Origin: Trichodesmium erythraeum IMS101
Lineage (GTDB): Bacteria; Cyanobacteriota; Cyanobacteriia; Cyanobacteriales; Microcoleaceae
Length of the DNA: 32,000 bases
Direction of reading: 5' to 3'
Assembly (NCBI RefSeq): GCF_000014265.1
Contig: NC_008312.1
Span: 600,001 to 632,000, forward strand
Below, piece after piece: positions 31,426-32,000 of the stretch. Each line of letters begins with the position of its first letter. Position 1 is the first letter of the stretch. Both the position numbers and the translations under genes were made by a program. The notes below the pieces were generated by a model. It worked only from the letters and a program-made list of their open reading frames with translations, had not been told where the DNA came from and did no database searches.

Positions 31426-32000
31426 ATGTTACCCAAACCAAACAAAATCTGGAACCCAAAAATATGGGCAAGCTGGAAACCCTTCGGTATAGGGGAACAA
31501 TACCCCAATAACTACTGGGAACTTATCCGCGCTGGAATAGAAAATATCGACCAACTTCCTTATGCCTGGAACATACTCAACAAAGGGGTTTGCGATGGTT
31601 GTTCCTTAGGTACAACTGGCATGAAAGACTGGACTCTTGATGGTTTTCATTTATGTAATGTCCGCCTCCGACTATTGCGCCTGAATACTATGCCAGCATT
31701 TAACCCAGAAATATTGGCGAATATTTCTCAACTCCAAAATAAAAGCAGTGGAGACCTTCTCCAAATGGGGCGACTACCTTACCCCATGCGCCGCGATAAA
31801 GGTGACAAAGGGTTTCGACGAATTAGTTGGGATGAAGCAATGGCAGTAATTAGCGATCGCCTTAAAACTACCCACCCAGACCGTATAGGTTTCTACCTTA
31901 CCAGTCGTGGTACTGTTAATGAAACTTATTATGCTACTCAAAAAGCTGCACGGGCGATCGGTACTAATAATATTGATAACGCTGCGCGCATTTGTCATTC
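31426..32000 (+). CDS. FdhF/YdeP-family molybdopterin oxidoreductase, N-terminal 191 codons (continues beyond the window)
   Basis: Not in the ORF track because there is no stop in the window. My translation from the ATG at 31426: [89 protein letters not shown]...[38 protein letters not shown]. The CDGCSLG Fe-S-type motif and the YdeP-like N-terminus are recognisable. Confidence 0.8.
   Translation, partial: [191 protein letters not shown]

Noticed and set aside
31774-31998. Minus-strand ORF 31774-31998
   Set aside because: It is antisense to the clearly homologous YdeP/FdhF-type CDS, which starts at 31426 and runs off the window.

Overview
AT-rich cyanobacterial chromosome segment, about one-third GC by eye outside one Gly/Pro-coding block. 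It carries five perfect HIP1 octamers (GCGATCGC). Only about 60% of the window is intact coding sequence. That density, the mobile-element debris and a giant collagen-like gene fit a Trichodesmium-type filamentous marine cyanobacterium best; this is inference and needs a BLAST check. Intact genes, in order: a DUF4347 / 7x SBBP-propeller / cadherin-like / RTX surface protein (305-3121); a secreted beta-rich protein split by a frameshift in an A9 tract (3425-5684); dienelactone hydrolase (6874-7626); msrA (9071-9619, minus); a ~1870-aa collagen-like protein with a C-terminal phage tail-collar-like domain (12482-18091, minus); sqdB and sqdX (20588-23410); a GAF-GAF-PAS class III adenylate cyclase (23997-26591); a secreted pentapeptide-repeat protein (27137-27862); map (28071-28838); and the 5' part of an FdhF/YdeP-type molybdopterin oxidoreductase that runs off the window (31426->32000). 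The rest is relics: two TnpB pseudogenes, an IS4/IS701-like IS relic with a 295-bp MITE derivative sitting on the sqdX stop codon, a 3'-truncated group II intron abutting that IS, an ISY203-like IS4 relic between 139-bp inverted repeats with covarying hairpins, and PhnE-like and rhodanese-like gene fragments. I see no intact multi-gene novel system such as a defence island, CRISPR-Cas, DGR or retron. The features most worth a second look are the collagen/tail-collar giant gene with its near-identical ~600-bp higher-order repeats, the 139-bp hairpin-bearing inverted repeats, and the A9 frameshift. No tRNA, rRNA or CRISPR array was found by eye.
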